NCBI GenBank assembly: GCA_035645145.1
Contig: DASQNC010000022.1
Coordinates: 1,146 to 65,145 of the forward strand
Reading direction: 5' to 3'
Length of the DNA stretch: 64,000 nt
Source: Azospirillaceae bacterium
Lineage (GTDB): Bacteria; Pseudomonadota; Alphaproteobacteria; Azospirillales; Azospirillaceae
The notes under the pieces are model-generated. The model saw nothing but the letters and a program-made list of their open reading frames with translations, did no database searches and was not told where the DNA came from. The position numbers were made by a program, and so were the translations under genes. Below are positions 17,018 through 26,016 of the stretch, piece by piece (the first letter of the stretch is position 1; every line of letters starts with the position of its first letter).

Positions 17018-18316
17018 ATGGGCAGGATGATGGTCGGAGAGCGGGTTCGCCGATGGCTTGCCGTGGCCGTTCTTGCCGGCATGCCCGCGGCCGTACCGGC
17101 GGCTCCGGCGGGAACGCTTGAAGAAACGGTTGCTGACCGGGGTTGCGCCACCCTGTCCGCCCGCGTGGACGAGGTTCCGGGGGACGGTCCGGTGTTCCTG
17201 CGCAGCTATGATGGCCCGGTTGGCCGGGCACCACCCGCCGAACCGGCGTTGGCCACCGCCGCGTTCACCTACGACAATGCCTTGGCCGCCATCGCCCTGA
17301 CCGCGTGCGGCCGCTCCACCCAGGCCCGACGCATCGGCCTCGCGCTGCTGGCGGCCGCCACATCCGACCGCTCGGGGGAACGCGGGCGCCTGCGCAACGC
17401 GTACCGGGCCGGTGTCCAACGGGAAATGCCCGTGCCGCCGAACGGATGGTGGCACGCCGCCGGCAATCATTGGGCGGAAGATCCCATCCAGGTCGGCACC
17501 GCCACCGGGAATGTCGCGTGGGCAGCATTGGCGCTTTTGACCTTGGCCGACGACAGGGCGGCCCAACCCGACGAGGCCGCCCGCTTCCGGGAAGGGGCCG
17601 CGGCACTGGCGGCATGGACGGTGACCCATACCGCCGCCCCGAGGGGCGATGGCGGTTTCACCGGAGGCATGCATGGCTACGACGACGCGCCGCGGACGCT
17701 CGGCTGGAAATCGACCGAACACAACACCGACCTGGCCGCCCTGTTCGAATGGCTGGCCCGCACGGGTGTGCCCGGCGACTGGCCAGCCCATGCGCGGGCG
17801 GCGCGCACCTTCCTGGCGGCACAATGGGACGCATCCGGCGGCCGGTTCCTGATCGGGACGGGGCCGGACGGGACGCCCAACCGCAGGGTGTCCGGTCTGG
17901 ACGCGCAGCTATGGCCCCTGCTGCTGCCGGGCGCCCCGATCGCTTGGGGGAAAGCGCTTGCCTATGCGGAGCGGGCCCATGGCGTAGAGGACGGGGGCGT
18001 GGCGGTCGGGTTCGACTTCAACGACGACCGCGACGGCCTGTGGGTGGAGGGGACCGCCCAGGCGGCGCTGGTGTACCGGCGCTTCGGGCGTGGCGCGGAC
18101 GCCGGGCGCCTCCTGGCGGAGGTCGCCCGGCAATTCGGCCCCGGCGGTTACCTTTGGGCCACCCGCGAGCCGCGTATCACCACCGGTCTGGCCCTGGCGC
18201 CCGACAGCACGGGTGCCGACTTCCACTACGAACGGCGACCGCACCTGGGGGCGACCGCATGGGCGGTCCTGGCCGCGACGGGGTGGAACCCGTTCACGGG
18301 AACGCGGATCCCCTGA
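17018..18316 (+). CDS. Secreted hypothetical protein, possible (alpha/alpha)6-barrel (six-hairpin glycosidase-like) fold
   Basis: 432 aa with signal peptide ...LAVAVLAGMPAAVPAAPAG. Repeated Trp/Ala-rich helical segments (FTYDNALAAIAL, GNVAWAALALL, TEHNTDLAALFEWL). Starts 12 nt after the lysR stop. Confidence 0.65.
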   Translation: MGRMMVGERVRRWLAVAVLAGMPAAVPAAPAGTLEETVADRGCATLSARVDEVPGDGPVFLRSYDGPVGRAPPAEPALATAAFTYDNALAAIALTACGRSTQARRIGLALLAAATSDRSGERGRLRNAYRAGVQREMPVPPNGWWHAAGNHWAEDPIQVGTATGNVAWAALALLTLADDRAAQPDEAARFREGAAALAAWTVTHTAAPRGDGGFTGGMHGYDDAPRTLGWKSTEHNTDLAALFEWLARTGVPGDWPAHARAARTFLAAQWDASGGRFLIGTGPDGTPNRRVSGLDAQLWPLLLPGAPIAWGKALAYAERAHGVEDGGVAVGFDFNDDRDGLWVEGTAQAALVYRRFGRGADAGRLLAEVARQFGPGGYLWATREPRITTGLALAPDSTGADFHYERRPHLGATAWAVLAATGWNPFTGTRIP

Positions 18317-18335
18317 CACGGGCAGGGCGCGTGGA

Positions 18336-18974
18336 TCAGGCGTGCCGCCCGGCCAGATGGCGCACGGCCCGGACCGCTTCCGGCACCGCAAGGACGGCCG
18401 AGGCCATCGTCGCCGCGGACGCCACTTGGCAATAGGCGCACAGTGCCTTGTTTTCCGCCCATTCCTCCCGGCCCAGCTTGACCGCCACGACCGCATCGGA
18501 GGCGGTCTTGGCGGCCATGGCGATGGGCAGATAGGGGTGCGTCTCCGCCCGGTTGCGGCCTCCGGCCCCGGCCAGGATCGCGGTGACCGCATAGGTGCCC
18601 AGCACCAGGAGGGCGTCCGGCGTCTGCATCCTTTTGTACGCGTAGTCCGACGCGTCCACGCGGCTGCTGTCGAAGGGGCCGAACGGCGGGTCGGGCAGGC
18701 GCCGGATCACGCCCATCTGGTAGAGGCCGACGATCTGCGCCATCGTCGATCCCAGGAACGACAAGCCCACGATCCAACGCCGGCGGTGCAGGTCGCCGTC
18801 GCTTTCCAGGCGCAGCTGGTGGCTCAGCTCACGCGGGCTCGGGCGGTTGGACGCCGGTCGGCGGTACGGCGGGCGGTCCGGACGGGCGTCCTGCCGCCGG
18901 TCGAGGTCAATCGTCGGCTGGGTGCCCGTGGTCCCGTCGGTGGTGGGCTGTGTCGTCAAGGGTTGGAACGTCAT
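18336..18974 (-). CDS. Four-TM membrane protein, VKOR (vitamin K epoxide reductase)-like with a single CxxC
   Basis: 212 aa from ATG 18972-18974. Hydrophilic Pro/Arg/Thr-rich N-terminus, then TM segments. LCAYCQ at the start of the last TM. The loop region DSSRVDASDYAY resembles the VKOR loop but without Cys. Confidence 0.55.
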   Translation of the reverse strand: MTFQPLTTQPTTDGTTGTQPTIDLDRRQDARPDRPPYRRPASNRPSPRELSHQLRLESDGDLHRRRWIVGLSFLGSTMAQIVGLYQMGVIRRLPDPPFGPFDSSRVDASDYAYKRMQTPDALLVLGTYAVTAILAGAGGRNRAETHPYLPIAMAAKTASDAVVAVKLGREEWAENKALCAYCQVASAATMASAVLAVPEAVRAVRHLAGRHA

Positions 18975-19473
18975 GGGGGGCCTGGTCGCTGGAGGTGATC
19001 CCAACGGGCTCAACGGCCGACGGACCCGTTCGTCCCGCCTGCCGCCAACGGACCGGTCCCAGGAATGCGACGAGGCGTGCGGCCAGGAGGGCCGCATCCT
19101 TGAGCTGGCATTCCCAAAGCACCAGCACATCCCAGCCGGCCGCCTGCAACCGGGTGAGCTGGGCTGTGTCCCGCTGGCGGTTCCGGGCCAGCTTGGGCAG
19201 CCAGAATTCCGGCCGGGACTTCGGTGCGCGTGCCGTCTTGCACGCCGGGTCCGGATGCTGGTGCCAGAAGCAGCCATGAACCCACACGACCTTGCGGCGG
19301 GCGCTGAACACCAGGTCGGGTTTGCCGGGCAGCCGTTCCCGTCCCGGGATGGCACCGTGCAGCCGGAACCGGTACCCGAGCGCGTGCGCCAGCCGCCGCA
19401 CCCGCATCTCGGGGCCGGTGTCCCTGCCGCGGATGCGCGCCATCAACGCGCTCCGCGCCTCGCGGGTCAGCAT
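18907..19473 (-). CDS. vsr: Very-short-patch repair endonuclease
   Basis: MLTREARSALMARIRGRDTGPE...LPGKPDLVF...VWVHGCFWHQH...EFWLPKLARNRQRDT...GWDVLVLWECQL is colinear with E. coli Vsr. A 40-aa C-terminal tail overlaps the next gene by 68 nt. Confidence 0.85.
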   Translation of the reverse strand: MLTREARSALMARIRGRDTGPEMRVRRLAHALGYRFRLHGAIPGRERLPGKPDLVFSARRKVVWVHGCFWHQHPDPACKTARAPKSRPEFWLPKLARNRQRDTAQLTRLQAAGWDVLVLWECQLKDAALLAARLVAFLGPVRWRQAGRTGPSAVEPVGITSSDQAPHDVPTLDDTAHHRRDHGHPADD

Positions 19474-19586
19474 GTCCAAAGCTTGAACGCTCCATCCTGC
19501 GGACCGAAGCCGCAGATGGGTACGGGCGGCACCGGCCGCAGCCGGACAGGCCGCCGCAGCCCGCTTCCCGCCAAGGGTTCCGGGCG

Positions 19587-20201
19587 TCAGCCCTGGTGCA
19601 ACAGGTACACCGCCTGTTCGCCGGTCAGGTTCGGTAGGACCGGTGTCGGCCGGGGGGCACCGGCCCGGCCAAGGATCGTGCGCCGGTCGATGGCGATGGA
19701 CAGGCTGGCGCAGAGGTCCTCGAAATCGCCGAGCGTGCAGAGGTGGATGTTGGGCGTGTCCCACCACGTATGGCTCAAATGCCGTGTCCTCGGCATGCGC
19801 CCGGTCAGCAGCAATTGCAGCCGAACCCGCCAGTAGCCGAAGTTCGGGATGCTGACGATGGCGTGCCGGCCGATGCGGACCAGATTCGCCAGGACGCGGT
19901 GGGGGTTGCGCGTCGCCTGCAACGTCTGGGACAGGATCGCGTAATCGAAGGCGCCGGACGGATAGTCGTCGAGGTCGGTGTCGGCGTCGCCCTGGATCAC
20001 GGACAGGCCATGGGAGACGGCGGCATGGACGCCGTCCATGGACAATTCCAGCCCGCGCCCGTCCACCTGCTTGCCGCGCACCAGGAAACCCAGCAGGTTC
20101 CCGTCGCCGCACCCCACGTCCAGCACGCGTGCCCCCGGCGTGATCATGTCGGCGATCAGCCGCAGATCCGGCCGGATGTCCTGGTCCGCCGAGATGGTCA
20201 C
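19587..20201 (-). CDS. metW: Methionine biosynthesis protein MetW
   Basis: [26 protein letters not shown]...LQATRNP..VL..L.RIG...[13 protein letters not shown]. The GTG start overlaps the metX stop (GTGA). Confidence 0.92.
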   Translation of the reverse strand: MTISADQDIRPDLRLIADMITPGARVLDVGCGDGNLLGFLVRGKQVDGRGLELSMDGVHAAVSHGLSVIQGDADTDLDDYPSGAFDYAILSQTLQATRNPHRVLANLVRIGRHAIVSIPNFGYWRVRLQLLLTGRMPRTRHLSHTWWDTPNIHLCTLGDFEDLCASLSIAIDRRTILGRAGAPRPTPVLPNLTGEQAVYLLHQG

Positions 20202-21430
20202 AACCCGGCCCTCGGAGGCAGGCCGCGGTGGGCGGCGCAGCCGTCGAGGAAACCCCGGACCACGGCCCAGAAGCCCGGCTCCTCCAGCAGGAAGGCGTCG
20301 TGCCCCTTGTCGCTGTCGATCTCGACGAAACTGACGTTCGCGGCAACCGCGTTCAGGGCGTGCACGACCGAACGGCTTTCCACGGTGGGAAACAGCCAGT
20401 CAGAGGTGAAGGACACCAGGCAGAACCGGACCGGGGTGCCCCTTCCGTTGTGCCGGAAGGCGTTGGCGAGCTGGCCGCCGTGTTCGGCCGCCAGATCGAA
20501 ATAGTCCATGGCCCGGGTGATGTAGAGATAGGAGTTGGCGTCGAACCGGTCGACGAAGCTGGAGCCCTGGTGGCGCAGATAGCTTTCCACCTGGAAGTCG
20601 GCGTCGAAGCCGAAGGACGGCTTGGTCCGGTCCTGCAGGTTGCGGCCGAATTTGCGGTGCAGCGCCGGCTCGGACAGGTAGGTGATGTGGGCGGCCATAC
20701 GAGCCACCGCGAGGCCCCGCGTGGGCCGGGTTCCCGCGGCCAGATAGTCGCCGCCGCACCAGTCGGGATCGGCCGAGATCGCTTGGCGGCCCACCTCGTG
20801 GAACGCGATGTTCTGGGCCGAATGCCGGCTGGCGGTGGCGATCGGAATGGCGGCGAACACCCGCTCCGGATAAGCGGACGCCCATTGCAGGACCTGCATT
20901 CCGCCCATGGATCCGCCGATCACGCAGAAGAGCTGGTCGATGCCCAGATGGTCCAGCAGCAACGCCTGCGCCCGGACCATGTCGCCAATGGTGATGACCG
21001 GGAACGACAGCCCATAGGGCCTCCCGGTCGATGGGTTGGTGTCACGCGGGCCGGTCGACCCCATGCACCCGCCCAGCACGTTGCTGCAGATGACGAAGAA
21101 GCGATCGGTGTCGATTGGCTTGCCCGGCCCCACAAGGGTTTCCCACCAGCCGGGTTTACGGGTCACCGGATGCGGGTCGGCGACGAACTGGTCCCCGGTC
21201 AGGGCGTGGCAAACCAGCACGGCGTTCGATTTTTGCGCGTTCAATCGGCCGTAGGTCTGATAGGCGAGGGTGAAGGGGCCGAACGATTGGCCGCTGTCCA
21301 GCGGCATGGGCCGGTCCCCCGCCAGAACGGCGCGGTGCCCCGGCAACCCCGGTGTCGCGGCGTGCGCCTGGGGGCGGGGGCCAACGGCTTGGCCCGCCGC
21401 GGAGGTATCGGCCGGGTCCCTTGCAGGCAT
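20198..21430 (-). CDS. metX: Homoserine O-acetyltransferase
   Basis: [27 protein letters not shown]..., GGSMGGMQ nucleophile elbow, catalytic D/H region ...[10 protein letters not shown]. The start is uncertain: ATG 21430 is used here, TTG 21499 is in the ORF track, and a later start is possible. Confidence 0.92.
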   Translation of the reverse strand: MPARDPADTSAAGQAVGPRPQAHAATPGLPGHRAVLAGDRPMPLDSGQSFGPFTLAYQTYGRLNAQKSNAVLVCHALTGDQFVADPHPVTRKPGWWETLVGPGKPIDTDRFFVICSNVLGGCMGSTGPRDTNPSTGRPYGLSFPVITIGDMVRAQALLLDHLGIDQLFCVIGGSMGGMQVLQWASAYPERVFAAIPIATASRHSAQNIAFHEVGRQAISADPDWCGGDYLAAGTRPTRGLAVARMAAHITYLSEPALHRKFGRNLQDRTKPSFGFDADFQVESYLRHQGSSFVDRFDANSYLYITRAMDYFDLAAEHGGQLANAFRHNGRGTPVRFCLVSFTSDWLFPTVESRSVVHALNAVAANVSFVEIDSDKGHDAFLLEEPGFWAVVRGFLDGCAAHRGLPPRAGL

Positions 21431-21595
21431 CTGGACGGCAATCCCTTCGGCCTGTTCGACGGGCCAAGTAGTGCTATGGGTGGGGGGCTGGGGTGTCAAC
21501 CGGGCGTTTGCTTTCGCCGGCCTTGGCCACTAAACCTGTGCACCCGGCCGGCTATGGTTCCGCTGGGGCCCCGCTGGCGAGCAAGCGTCCCGAAC

Positions 21596-22456
21596 ATGTC
21601 GCCCAAACCCGATTTACTCAAAATCCGTGCGGAGATCGACCGGATCGACGAGGCGATCCACGATCTGCTGATCGAGCGCGCCGCCCTGCTTGCCGATGTC
21701 CGCCGCGCCAAAGGACCGGGGCGGCCGGTGGTGGCACCCGGCCGGGAGGTGAGCATCCTGCGCCGCCTGGTCGCGCGGCACCGGGGCGATTTCCCGGCCG
21801 CCAACCTGGCCCGCATCTGGCGGGAGATCATCTCCACCTCGGTCCGGCTGCAAGGTCCCTTTGCGGTGGCGGTGAAGCTGGCGCAGCGGGCCGAGTGGGA
21901 ATCCTGGGACGCCGCGCGCGATTATTTCGGCAGCGGCACGCCGCTCGTGCCGGTGACTTCGGCGACGGCGGCGGTGCGGGCGGTGACGGATGGAACCGTC
22001 ACCTTCGCCGTGATCCCCTGGCCGAACGAGGACGGGGGGGACGCCTGGTGGCGGGCGCTCCTGACCGAGGATCCGGCGGCATTGCGGATCATCGGCCGGC
22101 TGCCGTTCGTCATTCCCGCGGCGGGGCGTCCGGCACAACTGGACGCGGCCGTCGTCGGCAACCTCCCGCCGGAGCCGACCGGCGACGACCGCATGCTGAT
22201 CGGCATCGATCTGGCCGAGGAGATGAGCCGCGGCCGCCTCAAGGACGTCATGGCGGCGGCCGGCCTGGACGCGCTGGCGTTCTGGAGCTGGTACGACCCG
22301 GCCCGGCCGGGCGCCTCGCAGCATCTGGTGGAGGTCGCGGATTTCGTGACGGGCGACGATCCCCGCCTTTCCGTCCTGCGCGAGGTGGCAGGCCCGGCGC
22401 TGGCCGGCGTGTTCGTCGTCGGTGGCTATGCCGCGCCGATCGTCCTGCCGGGCTGA
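21596..22456 (+). CDS. Chorismate mutase (AroQ) fused to a degenerate prephenate-dehydratase/ACT-like region
   Basis: N-terminal LLKIRAEIDRIDEAIHDLLIERAALLADVRRAK...REVSILRRL (AroQ helices). The C-terminal ~190 aa resemble PheA PDT+ACT only loosely. Confidence 0.8.
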   Translation: MSPKPDLLKIRAEIDRIDEAIHDLLIERAALLADVRRAKGPGRPVVAPGREVSILRRLVARHRGDFPAANLARIWREIISTSVRLQGPFAVAVKLAQRAEWESWDAARDYFGSGTPLVPVTSATAAVRAVTDGTVTFAVIPWPNEDGGDAWWRALLTEDPAALRIIGRLPFVIPAAGRPAQLDAAVVGNLPPEPTGDDRMLIGIDLAEEMSRGRLKDVMAAAGLDALAFWSWYDPARPGASQHLVEVADFVTGDDPRLSVLREVAGPALAGVFVVGGYAAPIVLPG

Positions 22457-22516
22457 CCCGTCCCGCCAAACCATAACGCCTTGCCCATAACGCGATTGCA
22501 GGGAGTAGGAGAGACC

Positions 22517-23620
22517 ATGACCGCCGCCGTCCCGACCCCACGCCCTGGCATCCTGGGCATTGCGCCCTATGTCGGTGGCGAGGCCCATGCGCCCGGTGCC
22601 GGGCGCACGATCCGGCTGGCCTCCAACGAGGGGGCACTGGGCCCCAGCCCCAAGGCCATGGCCGCCTATGCGGCGCTGTCGGGCGAGATCCACCGCTATC
22701 CCGACGGCGGATCCACGGCCCTGCGCGAAGCCCTGGGCCGCCGCTACGGCATCGACCCGGCACGCATCATCTGCGGTGCCGGATCGGACGAATTGCTGAG
22801 CCTGATCGCCAAGAGCTATGCCGGCCCGGGGGACGAGGTGCTGTACAGCGCCCACGGGTTCCTGATGTACCCGATCGCCGCCAAGGCGGTGGGCGCCACC
22901 CCGGTGACCGCCCCCGAGACGAACCTGACCGCCGATGTGGACGCGCTCCTGGCGCGGGTCACGGAACGGACGCGGATCCTGTTCCTGGCGAACCCGAACA
23001 ACCCGACCGGCAGCATGCTGACCCGGGATGAGGTGCGGCGCCTGCATGCCGGCCTGCCGCCGTCCGTGCTGCTGGTCATTGACGCGGCCTATGCCGAGTA
23101 CCTGGATCGTCCCGACTATTCGTCCGGGCTGGAGCTGGTGGACGAGGCGGCGAACGTCGTGGTGACACGGACCTTCTCGAAAATCCACGCGCTGGGCGGC
23201 CTGCGCCTGGGCTGGGCCTACTGCCCGCCGGACGTCGCCGACGTGCTGAACCGGGTGCGCGGCCCGTTCAACGTGGCATCCGCCGCGCAGGCGGCCGGCA
23301 TCGCCGCGTTGGAGGATGTCGCCTTCACCGAGAAAAGCCGGGCGCACAACGAGACCTGGCGGACCTGGTTCGCCGACGAGGTCCGGACGCTCGGCCTGAC
23401 CGTGCACCCGAGTGTCGCCAACTTCGTGCTGGTCTCGTTCAAGGGGCGGGAGCCGGGCAAGGACGATGCCGAGGCCGCCCGCCAGTTCCTGAAGGCAAGG
23501 GGCATCCTGGTGCGCCAGATGAACGCCTACGGCCTGCCCGATTGCCTGCGCGTGACCATCGGGACCGAAGAGGAAATGGGCACGGTGGTGTCGACGCTGC
23601 GCGAGTTCCTGGCCTCATGA
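22517..23620 (+). CDS. hisC: Histidinol-phosphate / aromatic aminotransferase
   Basis: IRLASNEGALGPSP..., ANPNNPTG, TRTFSKIHALGGLRLGW (PLP Lys). GGAGTAGGAGAG Shine-Dalgarno. Confidence 0.93.
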   Translation: MTAAVPTPRPGILGIAPYVGGEAHAPGAGRTIRLASNEGALGPSPKAMAAYAALSGEIHRYPDGGSTALREALGRRYGIDPARIICGAGSDELLSLIAKSYAGPGDEVLYSAHGFLMYPIAAKAVGATPVTAPETNLTADVDALLARVTERTRILFLANPNNPTGSMLTRDEVRRLHAGLPPSVLLVIDAAYAEYLDRPDYSSGLELVDEAANVVVTRTFSKIHALGGLRLGWAYCPPDVADVLNRVRGPFNVASAAQAAGIAALEDVAFTEKSRAHNETWRTWFADEVRTLGLTVHPSVANFVLVSFKGREPGKDDAEAARQFLKARGILVRQMNAYGLPDCLRVTIGTEEEMGTVVSTLREFLAS

Positions 23621-24522
23621 GCGACGGTCGGGCCATCGCACCCGTGCCGCTGTTCGAGCGGATGGTGGTGATCGGCGTCGGCCTGATTGGCTCGTCGCTG
23701 TTGCGCGCCGTCCGCAGCCAGGGTCTTGCCCGGAGCCTCGTCGGTTGCGACCGCAGCGAGGCGGTCCGGGCCAAGGCGTTGGAGTTGGGGTTGGTGGACT
23801 CCGCCGTCGCCGACCCTGCCGAGGCGGTGGCGGGGGCGGATCTGGTGGTCGTCTGCACGCCGGTCGGCACCTGTGGCGAACTGGCCCGCACCTTTGGTCC
23901 GCATCTTTCGCCCGGTGCCATCGTCAGCGACGTCGGCTCCGTCAAGGAGGCGGTCATCCGGGACATGGCGCCCCATCTGCCCCGGGGTGTCCATTTCGTG
24001 CCGGGGCACCCGGTCGCCGGAACGGAGAATTCCGGGCCCGAGGCCGGCTTCGCCGCCCTGTTCCAGGGGCGCTGGTGCATTCTGACGCCCTTGCCCGAAA
24101 CCGATCCGGCGGCGACCGAAAAGGTGGCCGTCCTCTGGGGCCGGTGCGGGGCGATGGTGGAAACCATGGAGGCCGCCCACCATGACCGGGTGCTGGCGAT
24201 CACCTCCCACCTGCCGCACCTGATCGCCTATACGATCGTCCACACCGCGACGGAGCTCGAGGAGTCGACGGAGTCGGAGGTGATCAAATTTTCCGCCGGC
24301 GGTTTCCGGGACTTCACCCGGATCGCCGCCTCCGACCCGGTCATGTGGCGCGACGTGTTCCTGAACAACCGCGAAGCGGTGTTGGAGGTGATCCAGCGCT
24401 TCAACGAGGACCTGACCGCCTTGCAGCGTGCGATCCGCTGGGGCGAAGGTGACAAGCTGGAAGAGCTGTTCACCCGCACCCGCGCCATCCGCCGGCGCGT
24501 GATCGACGCCAAGCAGGCCTGA
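23617..24522 (+). CDS. tyrC: Prephenate/arogenate dehydrogenase
   Basis: VVIGVGLIGSSL Rossmann motif, DVGSVK, GHPVAGTE, HDRVLAITSHLPHL. The ATG overlaps the hisC stop (ATGA). Confidence 0.9.
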   Translation: MSDGRAIAPVPLFERMVVIGVGLIGSSLLRAVRSQGLARSLVGCDRSEAVRAKALELGLVDSAVADPAEAVAGADLVVVCTPVGTCGELARTFGPHLSPGAIVSDVGSVKEAVIRDMAPHLPRGVHFVPGHPVAGTENSGPEAGFAALFQGRWCILTPLPETDPAATEKVAVLWGRCGAMVETMEAAHHDRVLAITSHLPHLIAYTIVHTATELEESTESEVIKFSAGGFRDFTRIAASDPVMWRDVFLNNREAVLEVIQRFNEDLTALQRAIRWGEGDKLEELFTRTRAIRRRVIDAKQA

Positions 24523-24556
24523 TCCCGGGACCGCTCGATCCCAGGGGAGGCGCGGG

Positions 24557-25216
24557 TCAGGGCGCCTCGAACGTCACCCGGATCTGCGCGACCTGTTCGC
24601 CGACGTCGCGCTGGACCGACGCGAAGGTCGCCACTTCGCCCGGCAGCAGGCGTGCGGGCGATGTCTGTATGCGCCAGGACTGCAGGGCGCGCCGGTCCGG
24701 GTCGAGCGCCACGGCGCGGATCGGCGGCACGTCCCGCGCCTTGTCCGACACGTTGGCGACCTGACCGGTCAGTGCGAGGACCGGTGTTCCGTTGTCCATC
24801 CTCTGCTCGGACCGGACGTTCTGGAGCGAAAGCCCCGTGCCGATGGCCTCCACCTCGAGGCCGACCACTTCATAGGCGGCGGCGGCCGGCGGCCAGGTCT
24901 CGACAATCTCGTGACGGGCGAACACCAGACCGACGGCAAGCGCGCCCGCCACCAGTCCGGCGGCGGTCCAGCCGATGACCGGGCCTTTGCGGCGCTTGGG
25001 CGGGATCACAACCGGCAGGTTGGAGCCCGGCGGGATCGGCCGGATTCGGTCGGGTGGCGGCTCCAGGATGATCTCGGGCGCGGGCGTCGCCTCGGGCGGC
25101 ACCGTCTGGACCCATGTGTTGCCGCAGCTTCCGCAGCGCACACGGCGGCCCTCAGGCCCGATAGCCTTCGCATCGACCAGGAAGCGGGTGGAGCAGACGG
25201 AACAACTGATTATCAT
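24557..25216 (-). CDS. MJ0042-type zinc-ribbon protein with TM segment and DUF3426-like C-domain
   Basis: MIISCSVCSTRFLVDAKAIGPEGRRVRCGSCGNTW (two CxxC pairs), Pro-rich linker, one TM. Divergent from ftsE. Confidence 0.8.
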   Translation of the reverse strand: MIISCSVCSTRFLVDAKAIGPEGRRVRCGSCGNTWVQTVPPEATPAPEIILEPPPDRIRPIPPGSNLPVVIPPKRRKGPVIGWTAAGLVAGALAVGLVFARHEIVETWPPAAAAYEVVGLEVEAIGTGLSLQNVRSEQRMDNGTPVLALTGQVANVSDKARDVPPIRAVALDPDRRALQSWRIQTSPARLLPGEVATFASVQRDVGEQVAQIRVTFEAP

Positions 25217-25293
25217 ACGGTCGCTGCGCATTTGGGCCCTGAGCCATTTCGACTTATAGGAAATCGCCTTTGGCGAGGCAAGGCGACGAGCCG

Positions 25294-26016
25294 ATGGATC
25301 AACAGGTGCAATCCGGGACGGACGCGGCAAATTCTGTGCAGTCCACAGACGCCGTAATTCAATTCCAAAATGTCGGTCTGCGTTACGGGTCGGGGCCCGA
25401 GGTGCTGAATGACATTGGTTTTTCGGCGTATGCGGGACAATTCTACTTCCTGACGGGAGCAAGCGGAGCGGGCAAATCCTCGCTCCTGAAATTGATTTAT
25501 CTCGCACTCAGGCCGAGCCGCGGCACGATCCGGTTGTTCGGCCAGGACCTTTCGTCGCTCGGCCGGCGCGACCTGCCGCCCCTGCGGCAACGAATCGGTG
25601 TGGTCTTCCAGGATTTCAAGCTGCTGGACCATCTGTCCGTCTTTGACAATGTCGCCCTGCCGTTGCGCATTGCCGGCGCGCCGGAGGCGGAAATCCGCGC
25701 GAACGTCACCGAACTTCTGCGCTGGGTCGGGCTGGGCGACCGCCTGGACGCCCCGCCGTCAACGCTTTCCGGGGGACAGCAGCAACGGGTCGCCATCGCG
25801 CGGGCGGTGGTCAACAGGCCGCGTCTGCTGGTCGCCGACGAGCCCACGGGGAACGTTGACGATGCCATGGCCGTGCGTCTTATGTACCTCTTCGAGAGGC
25901 TGCACGAGCTGGGGACGACGGTGATCGTCGCCACCCACAACACGGGCCTCATCGAACGTTTCCCGCATCCCTGCCTGCGCCTGGACGGCGGTCGCCTCGG
26001 GACCATCGATGGCTGA
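25294..26016 (+). CDS. ftsE: Cell-division ABC transporter ATP-binding protein FtsE
   Basis: Walker [24 protein letters not shown], Walker B LLVADEPT. ATG 25294 is preferred over TTG 25270. Confidence 0.92.
   Translation: MDQQVQSGTDAANSVQSTDAVIQFQNVGLRYGSGPEVLNDIGFSAYAGQFYFLTGASGAGKSSLLKLIYLALRPSRGTIRLFGQDLSSLGRRDLPPLRQRIGVVFQDFKLLDHLSVFDNVALPLRIAGAPEAEIRANVTELLRWVGLGDRLDAPPSTLSGGQQQRVAIARAVVNRPRLLVADEPTGNVDDAMAVRLMYLFERLHELGTTVIVATHNTGLIERFPHPCLRLDGGRLGTIDG

Noticed and set aside
21500-21595. Possible SAM riboswitch (SAM-II type) in the metX leader
   Set aside because: I found only a GCTT ... AAAGC complementarity about 70 nt apart plus a CCGCTGG direct repeat. This does not fit the compact ~50-nt SAM-II pseudoknot, and the metX start codon itself is uncertain. 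A cmsearch with Rfam SAM-II, SAM-V and SAM-SAH models over 21300-21600 (minus strand) would settle it.
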